Shown piece by piece: positions 1 to 14,785 of a stretch of DNA of 33,835 bases (within the stretch, counting starts at the first letter, position 1; the number at the start of each line of letters is the position of its first letter). Under the pieces are notes generated by a model. That model had not been told where the DNA came from. It saw nothing but the letters and a program-made list of their open reading frames with translations, and did no database searches. This DNA comes from Chiloscyllium plagiosum (lineage: Eukaryota), in the NCBI RefSeq assembly GCF_004010195.1, contig NW_025214928.1, positions 1-33,835 on the forward strand. The letters are read 5' to 3'. The position numbers were made by a program, and so were the translations under genes.

Positions 1-144
1 TGGCATTTCATTTGAGTAATTATGTACTGATGAACATTCTATCACATTTTCGGAACTCCTAACAGCAACTTTGAAGAAATTTCAGCAATTTGAAAGGTTT
101 CTGAAAATGCACATCACATTCAATTGCTTTGTCAAATAAAAAAA

Positions 145-1670
145 ATGGCACTGATGGCACTTTTGGGCATTAGGGAAAAATTCAGTCCTGAGAGGACTGA
201 TGAAATGAAGGTTGCAAATTTGGCAGAAAGCAAAAACAAGGAGCTTTCAGTGGTGCAATAATATTTTCCTCACCAAGATGGAACCAGATGCTTCTGAGAT
301 GGTGTTAAAACAGTGTTGCCCAATGACCCTAATATGCTGAAGTTAATGAGAATCTGGACTCACATCGTGGCACAACTGAGAATTAAATTACACTAAAAGT
401 CGTGTTCTGTCAAAAGGAAGTATTTGCAAAGTGAGGCGATTGCAGATTACATTATCGAATTTAACAAACTCTCTAGATTACATGGGTTAGAAATTAACCT
501 TACAGCCATGTTCATGGGAGACCCAAAGGACAATGAAATCCAAGCTGAACTTGTGGATGAAGGTAATAAACTAACATGAAAGGAGGTCTGTGTTGAAGCT
601 ACAGTCATGCAAGATGGCAGAAAGACAGAGTTGCAAATTGCAAGGGAGTTATTTTCCAGAATTGGAAGGAAAAGTCCATGGATTTCAATGAGTTCCAAGT
701 CACAGTAGAGATCAGTAAGAGTACACTGGTCATTGAGGATGCATTAAGAGAGCAAATAATGGCCTCACAGCAAGGAGGACCAAATGATAAAATTAAGCAT
801 GACAAAGATAAGATAAAGGTTAACATACAGTCAGTGTTTTATAGTAATGAGAGCAGGACCTCATGCACAATTAAAAGCTGTAAGAATGATAAATAGATTT
901 GAAAAAAAACAGGCAATTTGTCCACTTGCATTTGTGGAAACCACACACAATTAGTAAGTAAGACTTATCCCTCAATCCTTCGGGATAGATTTTTTTTTCT
1001 AATTTAACCAATGGAAAGGTTTTCAGTCAGATTTCTCAAATGCATATTTGCAATTAAAACGGACTAACAAGAGCAAGGAATTGTTGACCATTCATTCACA
1101 CAAAGGGCTTTAATCATTCTGAACGGCTACCATTGGGATGTGTAATGCTTCTGAGCGGCATGGATCAGGTACAGTGGATGCAAGGAGTGTGCTGTTTCAC
1201 AGATGGCATTTTAATTTGCAGTAAATCAGAAAAAGAGTACATTGTAAGGATGAACAAAATCCTAAATTGGATCAATGACATCAAAGCAAAAAAGCTTCAT
1301 GGCATCAGATGTAGCAGGCCTATGTCACCAATTAGATAGCAAAATTATCCATCCAATGAAGAACAGGGTTCATGTGATTTTGAACTTATCTAAGTTCACT
1401 CCTGTCCTAGCAAACATGCTCACTCCACTACATCAGATGATCAAAGCTGGAACAGTTTGGGAGTTGTCTGTGATGTGTCATAAAGCATTTGAAGAAGTGA
1501 AGAAATGACTGGACGGGAGATACCATTTTGAACCTTGGTTTTTGAATGTGCTCAGTTAGGAGTTCTCAGAAATGGAAAACCGCATAGAGAAACCTGCAAC
1601 ATATGCTTCACATACTTTAACATAGTCAAGGCAAAACCAAGCAAGTTTAGAAAAAGATGCTAACAATCAT
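145..1670 (+). mobile_element. Degenerate Ty3/Gypsy LTR-retrotransposon internal remnant (gag-, protease-, RT- and RNase H-like pieces)
   Basis: ORF fragments MDQVQWMQGVCCFTDGILICSKSEKEY (decayed RT YLDD region) and FTPVLANMLTPLHQMIKAGTVWELSVMCHKAFEEVKK (RT-RNase H connection). About 1590-1670 reads like P-x-YASxTL...LEK (RNase H). Many stops and frameshifts; no LTRs identified. Confidence 0.75.
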
Positions 1671-1676
1671 ACATTG

Positions 1677-2335
1677 AAAACATGAAAACACAGTACAGCA
1701 CAACACAAAAACAACCATTTCAGCCCACCATCTCTGTTCTGCCTACCAAGATGCTATTCTAAACTAATCCCAACTGCCTGCACATGGTCCATATCCTTCT
1801 ATTCCCTTGTTGATCATATATTGATCGAAATGCCTCTTAAACATTGCTACCATACTTGCTTCTACCACCTCCTACTCTCAGCTTGAAAGACATACTTCAT
1901 ACATCTCCTTTAAAATTTCCTTCTCTCAACTTAACACTACCCCTAGTGTTTGACATTTGCACCCTGGGAAAAAGACTCTGACTATCCACCATATCAGTGT
2001 CTCTCATGACATTATATACTTCTATCAGGTCACCCCTCTGCCTCCAACACTTTCATGAAACAATCTAAGTTTGTCCAACCTCTCCTTATAGCTAATGCAC
2101 TCCGATCCAGGCAACATCCAGGCAAATCTCTTTTGCACTCTCTCCAAAGCCTTCACAGCTTTTCTATAGTGTGGTGACCAGAACTGCATGTGGCCTAACT
2201 AAAGTTTCACATAGCTATAACATGGCTTAACAACTTTTATACTCAATGCCTCGATCAATGATTGCAAGCATGCCATGTGCCTTCTTTAGCACCTTATCTA
2301 CTGGTGTTGCCACTTTCAGGGAAATATGGACATGC
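1677..2335 (-). mobile_element. CR1 LINE 3' fragment
   Basis: Reverse complement of a typical CR1 ORF2 C-terminus/3' UTR (ccatttcagcccacc..., gaccagaactgca = antisense of the 'CxQFWS' motif). Confidence 0.75.
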
Positions 2336-3389
2336 ATGTCAAAACTGACTAGCACCCAACATGGTGTATTCCACTTGGCTAATTTCCACAAACACTTGTA
2401 TGGTGGAAGTCCACTTTGTTAAATGTTGGTTATTCACGTTATTTTAGTCATAATCGCATTGTTAATTTTATTTCCACCTACATGGAATACTAAAAGAAAT
2501 AATACATAGTGTGCCTTTATTAAAAAAGCTGCAGAGTCTAAATGATCATCTGCCTGACCACAGCATTCTGTATCATTGTTCCACAACTGCTCACCAAATA
2601 AACATTTGTTATCATTCTGGGGATTGACACATCTTTAAATAAATTACTCCCATCACTGCCAATTTAGCAAAAGTAGATTTTTTTAGCTTCTAATTTACAC
2701 TCAAACTACCAAAATCTGCAGATATATTCCATAAAGTTCATTAAAACTACAAAATATTCACAAATAGTCCAAAACATTGAAAACAATAACATACACAAGT
2801 TTAAATACTGTGTATGTCATCTGATTATTACTACAAATACCACAAATGATTTTGAAAACAAGTGTCTCAAACCTACAAAAAAAAAGGATTATACAGCCCT
2901 TCGTACTTGTTCTATAAATTAAGCTGGTGATGGTTTCCACCCAACTAGTTATCCTAATGCTTCACTTCTATCTATAAAACTGAAGATCTCAACTTCACTA
3001 AATGAAAATACATTTAAGAAAATCTGCAAATTCTATTCAAATAACGCTGTTGAATGTGCACATTTTTAAAATATCCTATATTCGCTATCTATGTTTTACA
3101 TCAGCATCACCATTTTTGGTCTGTCTGACTCTCTCTCACGCTGCCATTCCTAAATTAAAGCATTTTCAGCAACAATTGGAGCCATTTCAGCTCTGGAATT
3201 TACAGATCCTTGTACCTAATTTCAAAATAATATGAATAGGGCAAGCTCCCCAGGATACTGCCAACATTCTTGACCTTCTAGTCAAGAGTAATTTTCGAAT
3301 AATTACCTACTATTCTCTTCTTAGTTTGCTTCTGATCACCCCCTTTCAATCTTTAAATAATTCCCACAGCATTTCTGTCTGTTTTCAAA

Positions 3390-3930
3390 AAGAGATCAAA
3401 CCTGTGGATTATTTCAACCATCTCCTCTCATCGACAACAGGACAATTCTATCATCTGACTTAACTTCATCATATGGAATGCACAAAATTGCATATGTTCA
3501 ATTTCATCATTTTAAAGGCCTCAATCAGATCATCTCTAGGTCTTGTATTCTTTTAGAGAAAAGAGCTCAAGGCTACTCAGTGTTTCCCAACAGTTAAAAT
3601 TTCAGTTTTGTAATAATTCTCGTCAATTCTTTTCAGATTTTCTGTTGTGTTTCTATACCCTTTTCTGTCATATGGAGGCCAGAACTGTGGTCCAAACTAG
3701 ATTCCACTGAAGTTAAACATAAGGTCTTGCTTTTGAATTGCATGCCTCCAAAAATGAGCCTCGTGTTTTGTTTATTTGGTATCTTTCTTTTGCACGTATA
3801 TCTAATTTTGTTTTTAAAAGTTATCACTGCATCTGCACCCATCTCTTCTCTGATTTTGTCAATTACCGTAATTATGTGTTCTCCAGTTACCAACCTAACT
3901 AAAACTCTGAACATGTATTAAGTCTCCCTT
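3390..3930 (-). mobile_element. Highly degenerate CR1 LINE fragment
   Basis: ccagaactgtggtccaaact (antisense QFW motif) and flanking CR1-like sequence; boundaries uncertain. Confidence 0.5.
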
Positions 3931-4748
3931 ATTCCAAACAAGTTTCCTGCTTCATTAGCCCCTCCATATCGCAAAGACACCTCTACATCTTATGCCTTTT
4001 ATATTGTTCACCATTAATTCCCATTTTGTTACAGAATGGCTGCTGATTGAAAAAGAAATTGTCAGATATGCACTATTCAAAATCAAATTCAGATGTATCT
4101 GACACAGTTTTGGCACAGATAGGTCCCTAACCCAAGCTCTTCAGCAGAGAGGTAGGGGCAATACTACTCCACCATAAGAACTTCAAGATTTCTGGTTTCA
4201 TACAACCTTTTATGCGATGAAATATCTCCTGACATCCGCTGAACACACCAAAAGGGCATTATTGCTCCCCCCATTAAAGTTCTTGAGTAATTAACATTTC
4301 TCTACCATATTAAGTCATTTAATCATCTTGAACTACTCATTTAGATCACTCATTAGTTCACTGTGGCCAAGGGAATGGCCGCCTAGTCTTGACCACCTTT
4401 CCCCATAATTTAACCCTTTTAAAACTACTTTCATTCTGATGAATCTGTGTAGCATCCCATTCAAGTGAAATTAATCCTTCCAGAGATTAAGTGCCAAGAA
4501 ATGAATGCGATCTCTCAACAGGATCTAACCAGAGTTCTCAACTATTACGTGACATCCACTCCTTTGCATCCCAGCCCTCTATTAATTTTTTTTGCTCCAG
4601 CAGTTTCTGAAGAAAACTTTTATTTATTCGTTCATTGGATGTGGGTAACAGTGGAAGAATTGCAGTCACATCTCTTTGCAGAATTAACTTCCTACTTCTC
4701 ACATCGTTCTGATGAATCAACGTTATCCAGCAATTTAATGATCTGTAC

Positions 4749-4915
4749 GGTACAACTGCAACATTTAAAAGGCATCTGGATGGGTATATGAATAGGAAGG
4801 GTTTGGAGGGATATGGGCCGGGTGCTGGCAGGTGGGACTAGATTGGGTTGGGATATCTGGTCAGCATGGACGGGTTGGACCGAAGGGTCTGTTTCCATGC
4901 TGTACATCTCTATGA
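4749..4915 (+). mobile_element. Young 5'-truncated CR1 3' end, nested in older minus-strand CR1-like sequence
   Basis: Well-preserved CR1 tail: catttaaaaggcatctggatgggtatatg...ggaccgaagggtctgtttccatgctgtacatctctatga, with CpGs retained. Confidence 0.8.
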
Positions 4916-6552
4916 TGTTCTTTGAATGGCATCCAAATTGTGGGGCAGTAACCTAACTGTGGTTGAACCAGTGCTGTATTCAAATTCATGGTTATTTATT
5001 GACCAATTATTCTATGGCTATTTATGTCTGTAAAGTCTTAAATGTTCTTGGCGTTTTTTTTCCAAATGGTTTTATCTCAACAACCATTCAGTACACAGAT
5101 AACTAGAATCCCTTTGTCACTATTTATCATTATTGAGCAACTTTTATTGGTAGATACATGTCATTCCTACATGCCCTCAATGTTTAAACTCTAGTTCATG
5201 GCAGACCTGAACTTAACACATCTATACCTGCCACATAATATCACGTACAAGCTTCAAGACACTTTTCATGCCATTCAAAGCATCCTGGGACCCGGTGCAC
5301 CACATTACTATGGTGTGGACCTCCCCACCAAAAACAATAATATATAATTTCCTTCTACTCTACCACTTAGACTAATCCAGAACAACTGATGCCCTGATAG
5401 TGCAGTGACCAGTAACGAAGAAAGAGGAAGAAGAAATCTCCTTAAAATTCAACAAATTGGAAAAGGCAGTGGTTTACTAAAAGTTAAACTAACAATGATT
5501 TTTAGCAAAATAAACACTTTGAGAGATGCTGTGCACAAACAGCAAAACTGGTGAAACACTTCTTTGTTGAAATCACTGATCAAGCTGTAGTAGAAGTTTT
5601 AGTCTATGCAAATATCAAAGTCTTTGATAATTATCTACGAAACAATTATGACTGCTTTAGTTTGATAGTTCATTCACCCAAGCAAGGAACAAAGAAAGTG
5701 AAAACAGGGGCTTTATCATATGCATATAACCTCAGAAATTTTCCTATGAAACTAATTATGAGCAATTTTATGACCAACTTTGGTATATATTTGGTCTTTT
5801 CTTAAAACAGGGTTTGTGGAAGGGGAAGGCAGGTGGAAAGAAGGAGTTCACACAGCCAACGTGATTCCTCCAATCTTTGATTTTACACAACCTATTAACA
5901 ATTATAGATGTAATTTCCCATCATTTTAAAAGACACTCAGACTTATTGGGGTGATGCCACTGCAGGTTCAGGATGACTGCATGAACCAATTCTTTTGTTT
6001 CATCTTCTATATTTTGTTTCTTTACTCAGGCACTTAATCTTGATATCAATATATTGTTTAATTTTTTTTTCTAAAACATTTTTGAAACCTGTCTCTCACA
6101 TGGCTGGTTTGATAATGTTCCCTAAGTACTTACTGCCCCTAACAATGTACAGACATAGCCATTCAACTTGAAGCACCATTAACACCACTAGTTAATCTTC
6201 ATCAATACCTTAGGCCATGTTCAATTATAGACAAACATCTTCTGCCTCTCTATCACCTGGTGGCTAACCTTTGGTGCTGTTCTTTGCAGTAGAATCATAA
6301 AACAAACTTGGATCAGCACAAACTTACTTCTGCTCTACCTTAACTAAATTACAGAAATTTAAATTTGATACACCACAACTGCAACTTTTTAGCAAGTTCA
6401 AATATTTTACAAAAAGTGATATACCTTCTTGTGTTTCTCAGAAACATTGCTTGTGTGTTTCAAAGAATTACTTTAGAGGTGGAAAAAGAAATACTTCAGC
6501 CATACTTTACACAAATTTCTATAAACAGCAACAAGGTGAATAACTAGTTAAA

Positions 6553-6785
6553 CTGTTTTTAATGGCTTTGGTTGAGTGAAGGTTGATGACAAGGACTCTG
6601 GGGATATACCTGCACTTCGCGAGAGTATCATGGGATATCTACTATCTGGTGGAACAGGCAAACAGGACTGGTGTTTAACATCTCACCTGAGGGGCTACAC
6701 TGCTGATAATGCCATGCTCTTTACCACATTCAAACAACAGTTTGGGTGATAAGTTTAAAGTAATGGAGTGGAGCTTCCAACTAGC
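6553..6785 (-). mobile_element. DeuSINE-superfamily (SacSINE1/AmnSINE1-like) SINE remnant
   Basis: Resembles the reverse complement of the Deu-domain SINE as I recall it (...catgggatatct...ggtgtttaacatctcacctga...ggagtggagctt...); strongly diverged. Confidence 0.55.
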
Positions 6786-7407
6786 TTGACTTGTTCAACT
6801 TTTCTGATCATTGACCATTATCACTAAGCAGTTTCCAACCTTTATTTTCACCAAGTTTATTCAACAAAATTCACTGTTCACTGCCTATAGTTAAATTATC
6901 TTGTTCTATAATTTATTCCACTAATCAACATTAAAATTGGCATAATCCCAAAGTGTGTACTAAATTTCTTGACACAATCTCTAGAAATTAAAAGCGTACC
7001 AGTTTGTATTAAATTTCAGTTTCATGCATGCTGCCATGCAATGACTGTTCATTTGTATTATTTACATTCAGAGACTTTCCAAACCTCATCTTATTGCTTT
7101 GTCCCATTAATGGACAGAGAGTGTCCATTGATGTTAACACACAGTCCTCAAGAACCAGAATTCCAATTCTCAAGTTCACAATGCAATGTGGACAGTTATT
7201 ACCCAATTTTAACTGGGTACTAACTGACAACACAAACCTTCTTATATTTCAGCATGAAATATTAATAAACTGACACCTCATTGAGTAACAGGTAGTGTCA
7301 ATCACTTTAATACAAAAGTGTTTTTTCAGTCAGATAGCTCAATTCTACATTCAAATATATACTTTCAGGAAAATAGGTAAACCATACACTTCACCATATG
7401 ACACCTA

Positions 7408-7889
<482 letters not shown>

Positions 7890-8544
7890 CTTTTTAAAAA
7901 AAGAAAGAAAAATTGTTGTCAGAAATAAACATGAGAAGTTATTAGATACTAGGCTTCTTGCACTTTAAAAGACGACTTTTGCCGCAGTAATAATGGTTAA
8001 ACTGTCAATGTTCACCATTATCATTCCTCTAAACGTAATGGTGATTCTGGAACACAGATAGGCACAGTTGATAACAAAAATCAGAAGTAGTTATCAATGA
8101 TTCCACATTTCTTCACAGGGTATGCTATTGAAATCCGCACAGCCTACAATAAAAAGGTTCATTGAATTGTCAAGATCTTGCCCTTTAACGCTTAGAATCT
8201 TAATTCCTTACAAAACCCTTAAAAAACAATCTTGATGAATGAGGTAAAGCTGAATTGTTACTCCATGTTCAGACTATTTCTGAAAATCTCAAGGGTCTTA
8301 AAATGTGATTTTATTATTTGTTGAATATCAAATTTTTGAATTCTGATCAAAACTACATAATTAATAAAATACACAATTCCATTTTTGCTTTAATCCCAAT
8401 TTTAAGTCCCAATCATCATTTATTTTTGCTCTTTGTACAATGATAATAAACTGAACGCTAATCAATCTATTTATTTCCTGATTTGGTCTGTGCATATACT
8501 TCAGGGTGCTCTTTATCCTGGACACCTGGAGATTCCCTGATTAA

Positions 8545-8975
8545 TAGATGTTTACAGCTCAGAAAGAAGCCATTAGGGCCATTGCATCAGAGATGTGATT
8601 ACACAAATCCTATTTTCCAGCTTTTGGCCTGTGAGGCTATGGCAATGTAAGTATTGCCCGAATACAGTTTAAATGCTACAAGGGTTTCTGAAACAAACAC
8701 CCTTTCAGACAGTGAGTTCCAGGTTCCCACCATCCACCAAGTGAAAAGAATTTATCCTCAACTCTCCACTTAGCCTTCTACCTCTTAACTTGAATCTATG
8801 TCCCTGGTTATTGACCCGTATACTCATGGAGAACGTGCCTTCCTATCCATGTCCTTTGTCATCTATACACCACTAGCAGATCCTCTCTAAACCTTTGCTG
8901 CTTCAAAGAAAAGAAACCCAGCCTAGCCAATCTTTCCTCATTGCTCAGACCCTCCAGCCCAACCAGCATCAGCAT
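8545..8975 (-). mobile_element. CR1 LINE 3' fragment
   Basis: Antisense CR1 tail (tttacagctcagaaagaagccatt...gagttccaggttcccaccatc...gtgaaaagaattt...). Confidence 0.65.
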
Positions 8976-9554
8976 TGTTTTCTCACTCTCGTATTCCAAG
9001 CCTCGGCTATTACAAGGCAAGTAAATCATTCTACCAGATTCAAATCGGTGTCAGGAATGAAAACATTTATGACAACTAACATCGGTATATCTTTGCAGAC
9101 TATTTTCTTTGAGGTCAGCAGCAAGTACAGTCATTTCATTGTGACCATGAAATCTGGGCCTTTGCTCTTTATTTTAAAAAATCTGTTCACTTTTTTCTTT
9201 TCAATGTTTTTTCATTTAAAAAAATAAAGACAACATACCTTCATCTTACCAGGTACTGAGTCATATGTTCATGTATGCATACATTATATAATACATTTCT
9301 TTCCCTGCTCCTCCTTATTTAGGGCATGTACCAAGTAATATCTCCAGCTGACACACAATGCTGTCTAATATATCTAGTTATACACGAGTACTTGAGAACA
9401 CAGTTATGGCCTTCATCAATCTTTTAAATAAAGTTTAGGGCACTACGACAGAGACCACATGAAAAACAACATCCAAACAAATCTGAATACCAAAGCATTT
9501 CTGGAGATCGTAATATTAAATCTTATTTTCATTGTTCCTCGGCTTAGAATACAT

Positions 9555-10422
9555 TTTGGATACAAAACTTGGTGTTGAAGAAGAAAGCTGTAAATTAAAG
9601 ACAAATGAACTGATCAGTTAGGCATAAAAATGCTGAATTGAAATCAATCCTGACAGTGTGCACCAATGCAGAGAAATGCAAACAAGGCAAGAAAATAAAC
9701 ATTAAACAGTGGAATAGTGAGAAGCATGGAGGAACCTAGGAGTCTTGGAATACAAATCCTCAAATCCCCAAAGGTAAAACATGCAGTTATCGTGGCCAAG
9801 GCGGCATACAGTATGTTTTTATTTACTGGCTAAGCACAGGATAAGGTGGTTATGCTAAAACTGTATACAGTATTGAGTCAGATCACAGCTACAGTATTGG
9901 TTACTACATTACAGAAAGGATGTGATTGCTTTAACGATGTTATAAATACAATTTACTAGGATGTTGCCAGGATCAGAGAATTTTAGCTCTGAGAAAGATT
10001 TGATAAGTTTAAGGTTCTTTTCTCTGAACCAGAGGAAGCCAAGAAAGATTTAACTGAGATGTGTACATAATTATGAAGATCCTCGACTAGGTAGATAGGA
10101 AAAACCTATTTTTTTCCCTTTGCAGAGCAGTCAATCACCAGTGGCACAGATTTAAATTAGCTGGCTGAAAGATTCAACAGAGAATTGAGAAACCTTTTCA
10201 ACCAGAGAATGGTGGGTATCTTGAATTTACTGTCAGAAAGTTAGAGGCAGAAATCAAGTCACATTTAAAATACACCTGGATATATGTTTCTGCATTGCAG
10301 TAACCTCCAAGACTATAGACAGACAGCTGGAAAGTGGGATTAGGCCAAATACATTTTTCTCTTAGCATTGATATGATGGATAAAATGGTCACTTTCTGCC
10401 TGTTAGTTGTCTAAGTTTCTAT
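9555..10422 (+). mobile_element. CR1 LINE 3' fragment (decayed RT C-terminus to 3' UTR)
   Basis: Starts near gatacaaaacttggtg (DDTKLG-like), includes atttactaggatgttgccagga (FTRMLPG-like), and ends in a tctaagtttcta-type tail. Confidence 0.75.
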
Positions 10423-13400
10423 TTGTGATACGTCAGGATTAATGCATTATGGGAAAGAAAAAAAATGATTTTTCTTCGACTGAAATCCAGAAGAATCAAC
10501 TGATTTTTACTTTATTGGATAAACTGTAGATTAGGATCACCTCAGGATACATTGAAGGCAGAGTCCTTTGGCGTCACACATTGACAAGCAATGACAGTGA
10601 AGCAAAATAATCTCTGAATGGCATCAATGCAGGCTAACTATAACAAAGGTCCCAATATCCCTAACAAATGCTCAATTAAAATACTTCATTTACTGAAACA
10701 ATCTACATATTACAATTTTTAAAAGCTTAAATCAAAGACATCATAGTCTTTTAAAGCACCCCTGAAGTGATTTTCTTTAATACACAGCAAATTCTTCAAT
10801 ACAAATAGAAAGCTCATGTCACAAGGTGATTCACTACATATGTTAAATATTGATCACAGAAAGTGGATTTGGCTTATGCCCACACCCAATCTCTAACAAC
10901 AAAGATTCCTCGAAAGAGGACAGTAAATACATGAAGAAGATGGCATGGAGGAGATACAGAAAATTTAAGGTCAAGGCAAAGAGTTCTTGGAGATAAAAAA
11001 AAAGAAAAAGGAAATAGAACCAAGACAAAATGGAATTATGAAGCGAGCCGACTGGAGAAAGAAAAATGACAATTTGGAAAAATGAACAGTTGTGACAAGT
11101 CTATTAATCTATACATCCACATGTACATGGTTTATAACTGTAATAGGCAGAAGTCTTCAAAATAGAGAACAAAAATTTTTGTTTGGCTGCTTGAGCAAAC
11201 AATGTTGTTAAGAGCTTCTACAATAATAATCATGCTTTATGAGGCTATTCTCCTTCTGGTTTGAAGCAACTACATATTTCTTTGCAGGAACAAAAAAAAC
11301 CTAAACTGTTAGTATAAATTTAGAAATTGATCCAACACCACAAAATTATAATAGCCAGTAAGCATAACCTGATAAACAGCCATACAGAATGCTCTACAAA
11401 TTATTTCTGTTCTGTGCACAACTAAAATGGACCAATTTCATGTTGATGGTCATCAGCCAAGCAACAGAATCTTTCAATATCCTCTGGTAGAGGCCCAAGT
11501 CAGATGGAGAGGTCTATCTCATCTGCACAACATCAGAAATCTGCAAACGTCTTGCTGATTGGGTGAGGAGCAAGATGGAAAGTTGGGCACTCCCGTGCAG
11601 AACTAAAATTGCAGTTCAGACTTAGAAAAGGGAGGAGGATGCAAATATGGCAGAAGTGGTACAATCCAGATTTCATTTGAGTTCCATCTAGCCCTACAAA
11701 AGGAATATCAAAACCACAGGTAATTTACTATAAAGGGCTGATTTGGCCATCTCTGCCTCATACCTTAAACGGACCATGCAGGCTCACTGTCATCCCAGTT
11801 GTATTGGGACAGAATCCTAATTTTATGTTTGATGATGTTGGTGACAGGTGGAGCAGGAACAAAGTCAGCACTTCAATCTTTGGCATACTTACCATAGGAT
11901 ATGGCCCAGAATAAAGAATTTCAAATGTACAACGCTGTCCCATACCACCTTCCTACTCTCAACAACCTGATGGGACAATAGAATCAATTACTACAGACAC
12001 TCAAAATTGAATAACCCTTTTAGAACCACCAAGTTCATTTTGACTTGCACCAGAACAGCTGCAGGGCCTCCACAGCATCTACTGTTCTCCAGGACCCACA
12101 AAGGGAAAAATGGTCACTTAACTCAGGCACAGCACTTAACTTGGGCCAACTGTCTCAGTATCGTAACCCAGCAAAGGCCAACAAAACCAAAAGGTAAAAT
12201 TTGTACAGATTTTTTTGAGAGAGGTCAATATGAATGTTTATGTCACAAACTATGTTTATTTGATAGCTTATTTTGCTGCCTAATGAATTTGCTGTCAAGT
12301 GAATTTATAACAGACGAATAAGATGTTCATTATAACAAGCAAAGAAAATAGCTCTGCACTACCCCAAAATGTAAACATTTCAAAATTGCTTTTTTAAAAA
12401 AACTAAACTTTTTTTCCAAGCAACATTGATGGAAAAGTACAGAACAATTACAAACAGTTAAATAATATTTTCTGCTATTGGAATACAGACTTGCTACGAT
12501 AATAGAAAAATTGAAAAGACACAAGCACATGGGACACTAAGATTGTAATCAATGGCACAGGAGTTTTTTTTAAAAACTATAGGAGCATATGATTTTAAAT
12601 TTGAGAAAATAAATACTGGAAAATGATTTCCATATGTCATTAGCAGGCGGTAGAAATTAGGAGAGGAATCTTGATGAGGCAATGGGGGTTTTGCCTGCTA
12701 ACTGAAAAGCTGATAAGACATCTGCAATGCCTCTTTTTCAGGAAGGCTCAGAAAACCACTGTAGCAAGACAACCATTGGGCCGACATTTGGACCAACACC
12801 CCAGGAGCAGAAAACGTGTTTACCGAGATCTCCAGGCACAGCGTCACAGAAATTGATGATGGGTATTCCCATCCAAAACTACATTGCCTGGTCTAACTAA
12901 ATGCCCTTCCCATCTCCAAGTTCACCAAATATGTATGAAGAAGGTACCGTCTTAGCACTTTGTATTGAAAATATGAAAGTGGAGATAAATTAAGAATTAT
13001 TTCCATACAAAAGATAGTAATATGCACCATACTTAAAATTACTGTACTGAATGGACAAAAAATGAAAAGGACATAGAGTAAGTAGATTTAAATAGATACC
13101 CATGTAGCTTATTCTGTCTTAAATTTATACAATTTTAAAACTTGCTTACTCTGCATCACTTGAGTTCTTACATCTGCTGTGCAGATTTAAAAATATATTC
13201 TGAGAAATTCACCATTAAAACACTTTAATTAGCCATGAGAAGAAGAACGTTATTTTATGATTTTTGTGATGCATCATTTTATATTAATACTTGGCCTAAG
13301 GCAAAAAGGTCCTGTAACTTAGCTGTATCAGCACATCTCTGATATCTTGCAAAAAACATGCCAGTTAAAGTCCCCAACAAACTGCATTTGCACATCAATA

Positions 13401-14713
13401 CTACATTTTTAAGTATGTTGTTTGTCTTTTCAAAAAAAAATTCTACTTATATATGTTGCAAGCAAGGATGTGTAATTGTAGAGATGCAACTTCCACGAAT
13501 GGTTTTATCACACTTAATAAGCACTTGTTAGTTAATCTATTCACTCATGCTATAAATAATAGGCTTCTACTGGAGAATACATAACATACATGCGTATAGA
13601 GTTTTTGTTAAAATTAAAATCATAGTTCCATATTGTGATAACTGAAGAAAATTCAAATTTTGATTTCTAAAGCACAAAAACACTTAAAATGTGATCATGC
13701 ATTTTATGAAATTAGTTCTAAAAGAAAGGAGACCCCCAAAAATACAGACCATTATCAACGGTAAATTCTCAAGCAATGCTCCATTATGAAGCTCAAATAT
13801 GTATTGGCTCAAAATTAACTAAAAGCATACTTCAGTTACGCAATCAAAAGGAAGTAAAAAGGGATATGTGCTATGACGGTAAAATTTAATCTTGCAGATT
13901 TTGCACCAACCTGGAATAAATTAGAGGTAGACTTCAAGTTAAAAAGAATGCACAATGCTTCAGTCACATTTTAAATTTAAAAAGGACACAAAAACTATCC
14001 AAAACAAATTTGAAATTCAGTTATTTATGCCATAGCACAAGTTAACTCTCCTTAGTTCACATTTGATTACATATCACATATCTATTAGTGAGTTCAGATT
14101 GTAGCATTATGTCACAATAAAACAAATAGGCAGAAGTTTCACCATTCAAAAGTATTCATAATTGAGCTCCAGCTAGAAATACTAAGCACTTTTGTTAGTC
14201 TCTCCCAAGAATAATGAGCAATGAAAAAGGATTAAGAGAAATTTAGGCTTTGTTTTATCCTTAGAAGGTTGTTCCCAAGATGCATTCCCATGATGGTGTA
14301 CAAGATTATGATACGCAAAACAGAAACCCAGGAATTTGCCTTAAAATTGAGAAAGTGGAACAAGATGATGCAGACATTTTTAAAAGAAGTATCAAAGTAG
14401 TGTTTCTTCAGTGTGTATAGACTGCTGTAAAGTTATTTAAAAATAGATGGAAATATGGCCAAATGAAAAGCATTTTCAAACAATTCAGTAATTTCCTGAA
14501 GGTTCAGTCAAGAAACAATGTTGCTGGTATCCACAAAAATCTCCATAAACTTAACTACCCTCTCCTCCAGAAGAATGAACTAAAACAAATGTAGACAGAA
14601 GGCACTCGGAGAATTTTTTAAACAACATGCTTTGCTATTTTATTGTGCACTGCTGAAAATCTGCTGCAGGAAAAGCACAGCAGGTCAGGCAGCATCCAAG
14701 GAGCAGGACAATC

Positions 14714-14741
14714 GACGTTTCGGGCATGAGCCCTTCTTCAG
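14714..14741 (-). ncRNA. Minimal hammerhead ribozyme core (minus strand, sense with the PHIP pre-mRNA)
   Basis: Minus strand reads CTGAAGA-A-GGGC TCAT GCCC-GAAAC-GTC: CUGANGA box, 4-bp stem II, GAAA, palindromic ACGT mini-stem III and GUC triplet. Stem I pairing is weak. Confidence 0.6.
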
Positions 14742-14757
14742 GAAGGGCTTCAGATTC

Positions 14758-14785
14758 CTGAAGAAGGGCTCATGCCCGAAACGTC
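14758..14785 (+). ncRNA. Minimal hammerhead ribozyme core (plus strand)
   Basis: CTGAAGA (14758-14764), stem II GGGC/GCCC (14766-14777), GAAAC, GTC (14783-14785); partial stem I agattc/aattct. Confidence 0.6.

Noticed and set aside
4080..4180. Possible minus-strand SINE head
   Set aside because: Only a faint tRNA-head resemblance; too degenerate to support.
11440..12900. Moderately GC-richer intronic patches with short ORFs (e.g. 12007-12321, 12671-12856)
   Set aside because: No recognisable protein motif, splice-consistent frame or terminal repeats; probably unclassified old repeats, and I cannot name them.
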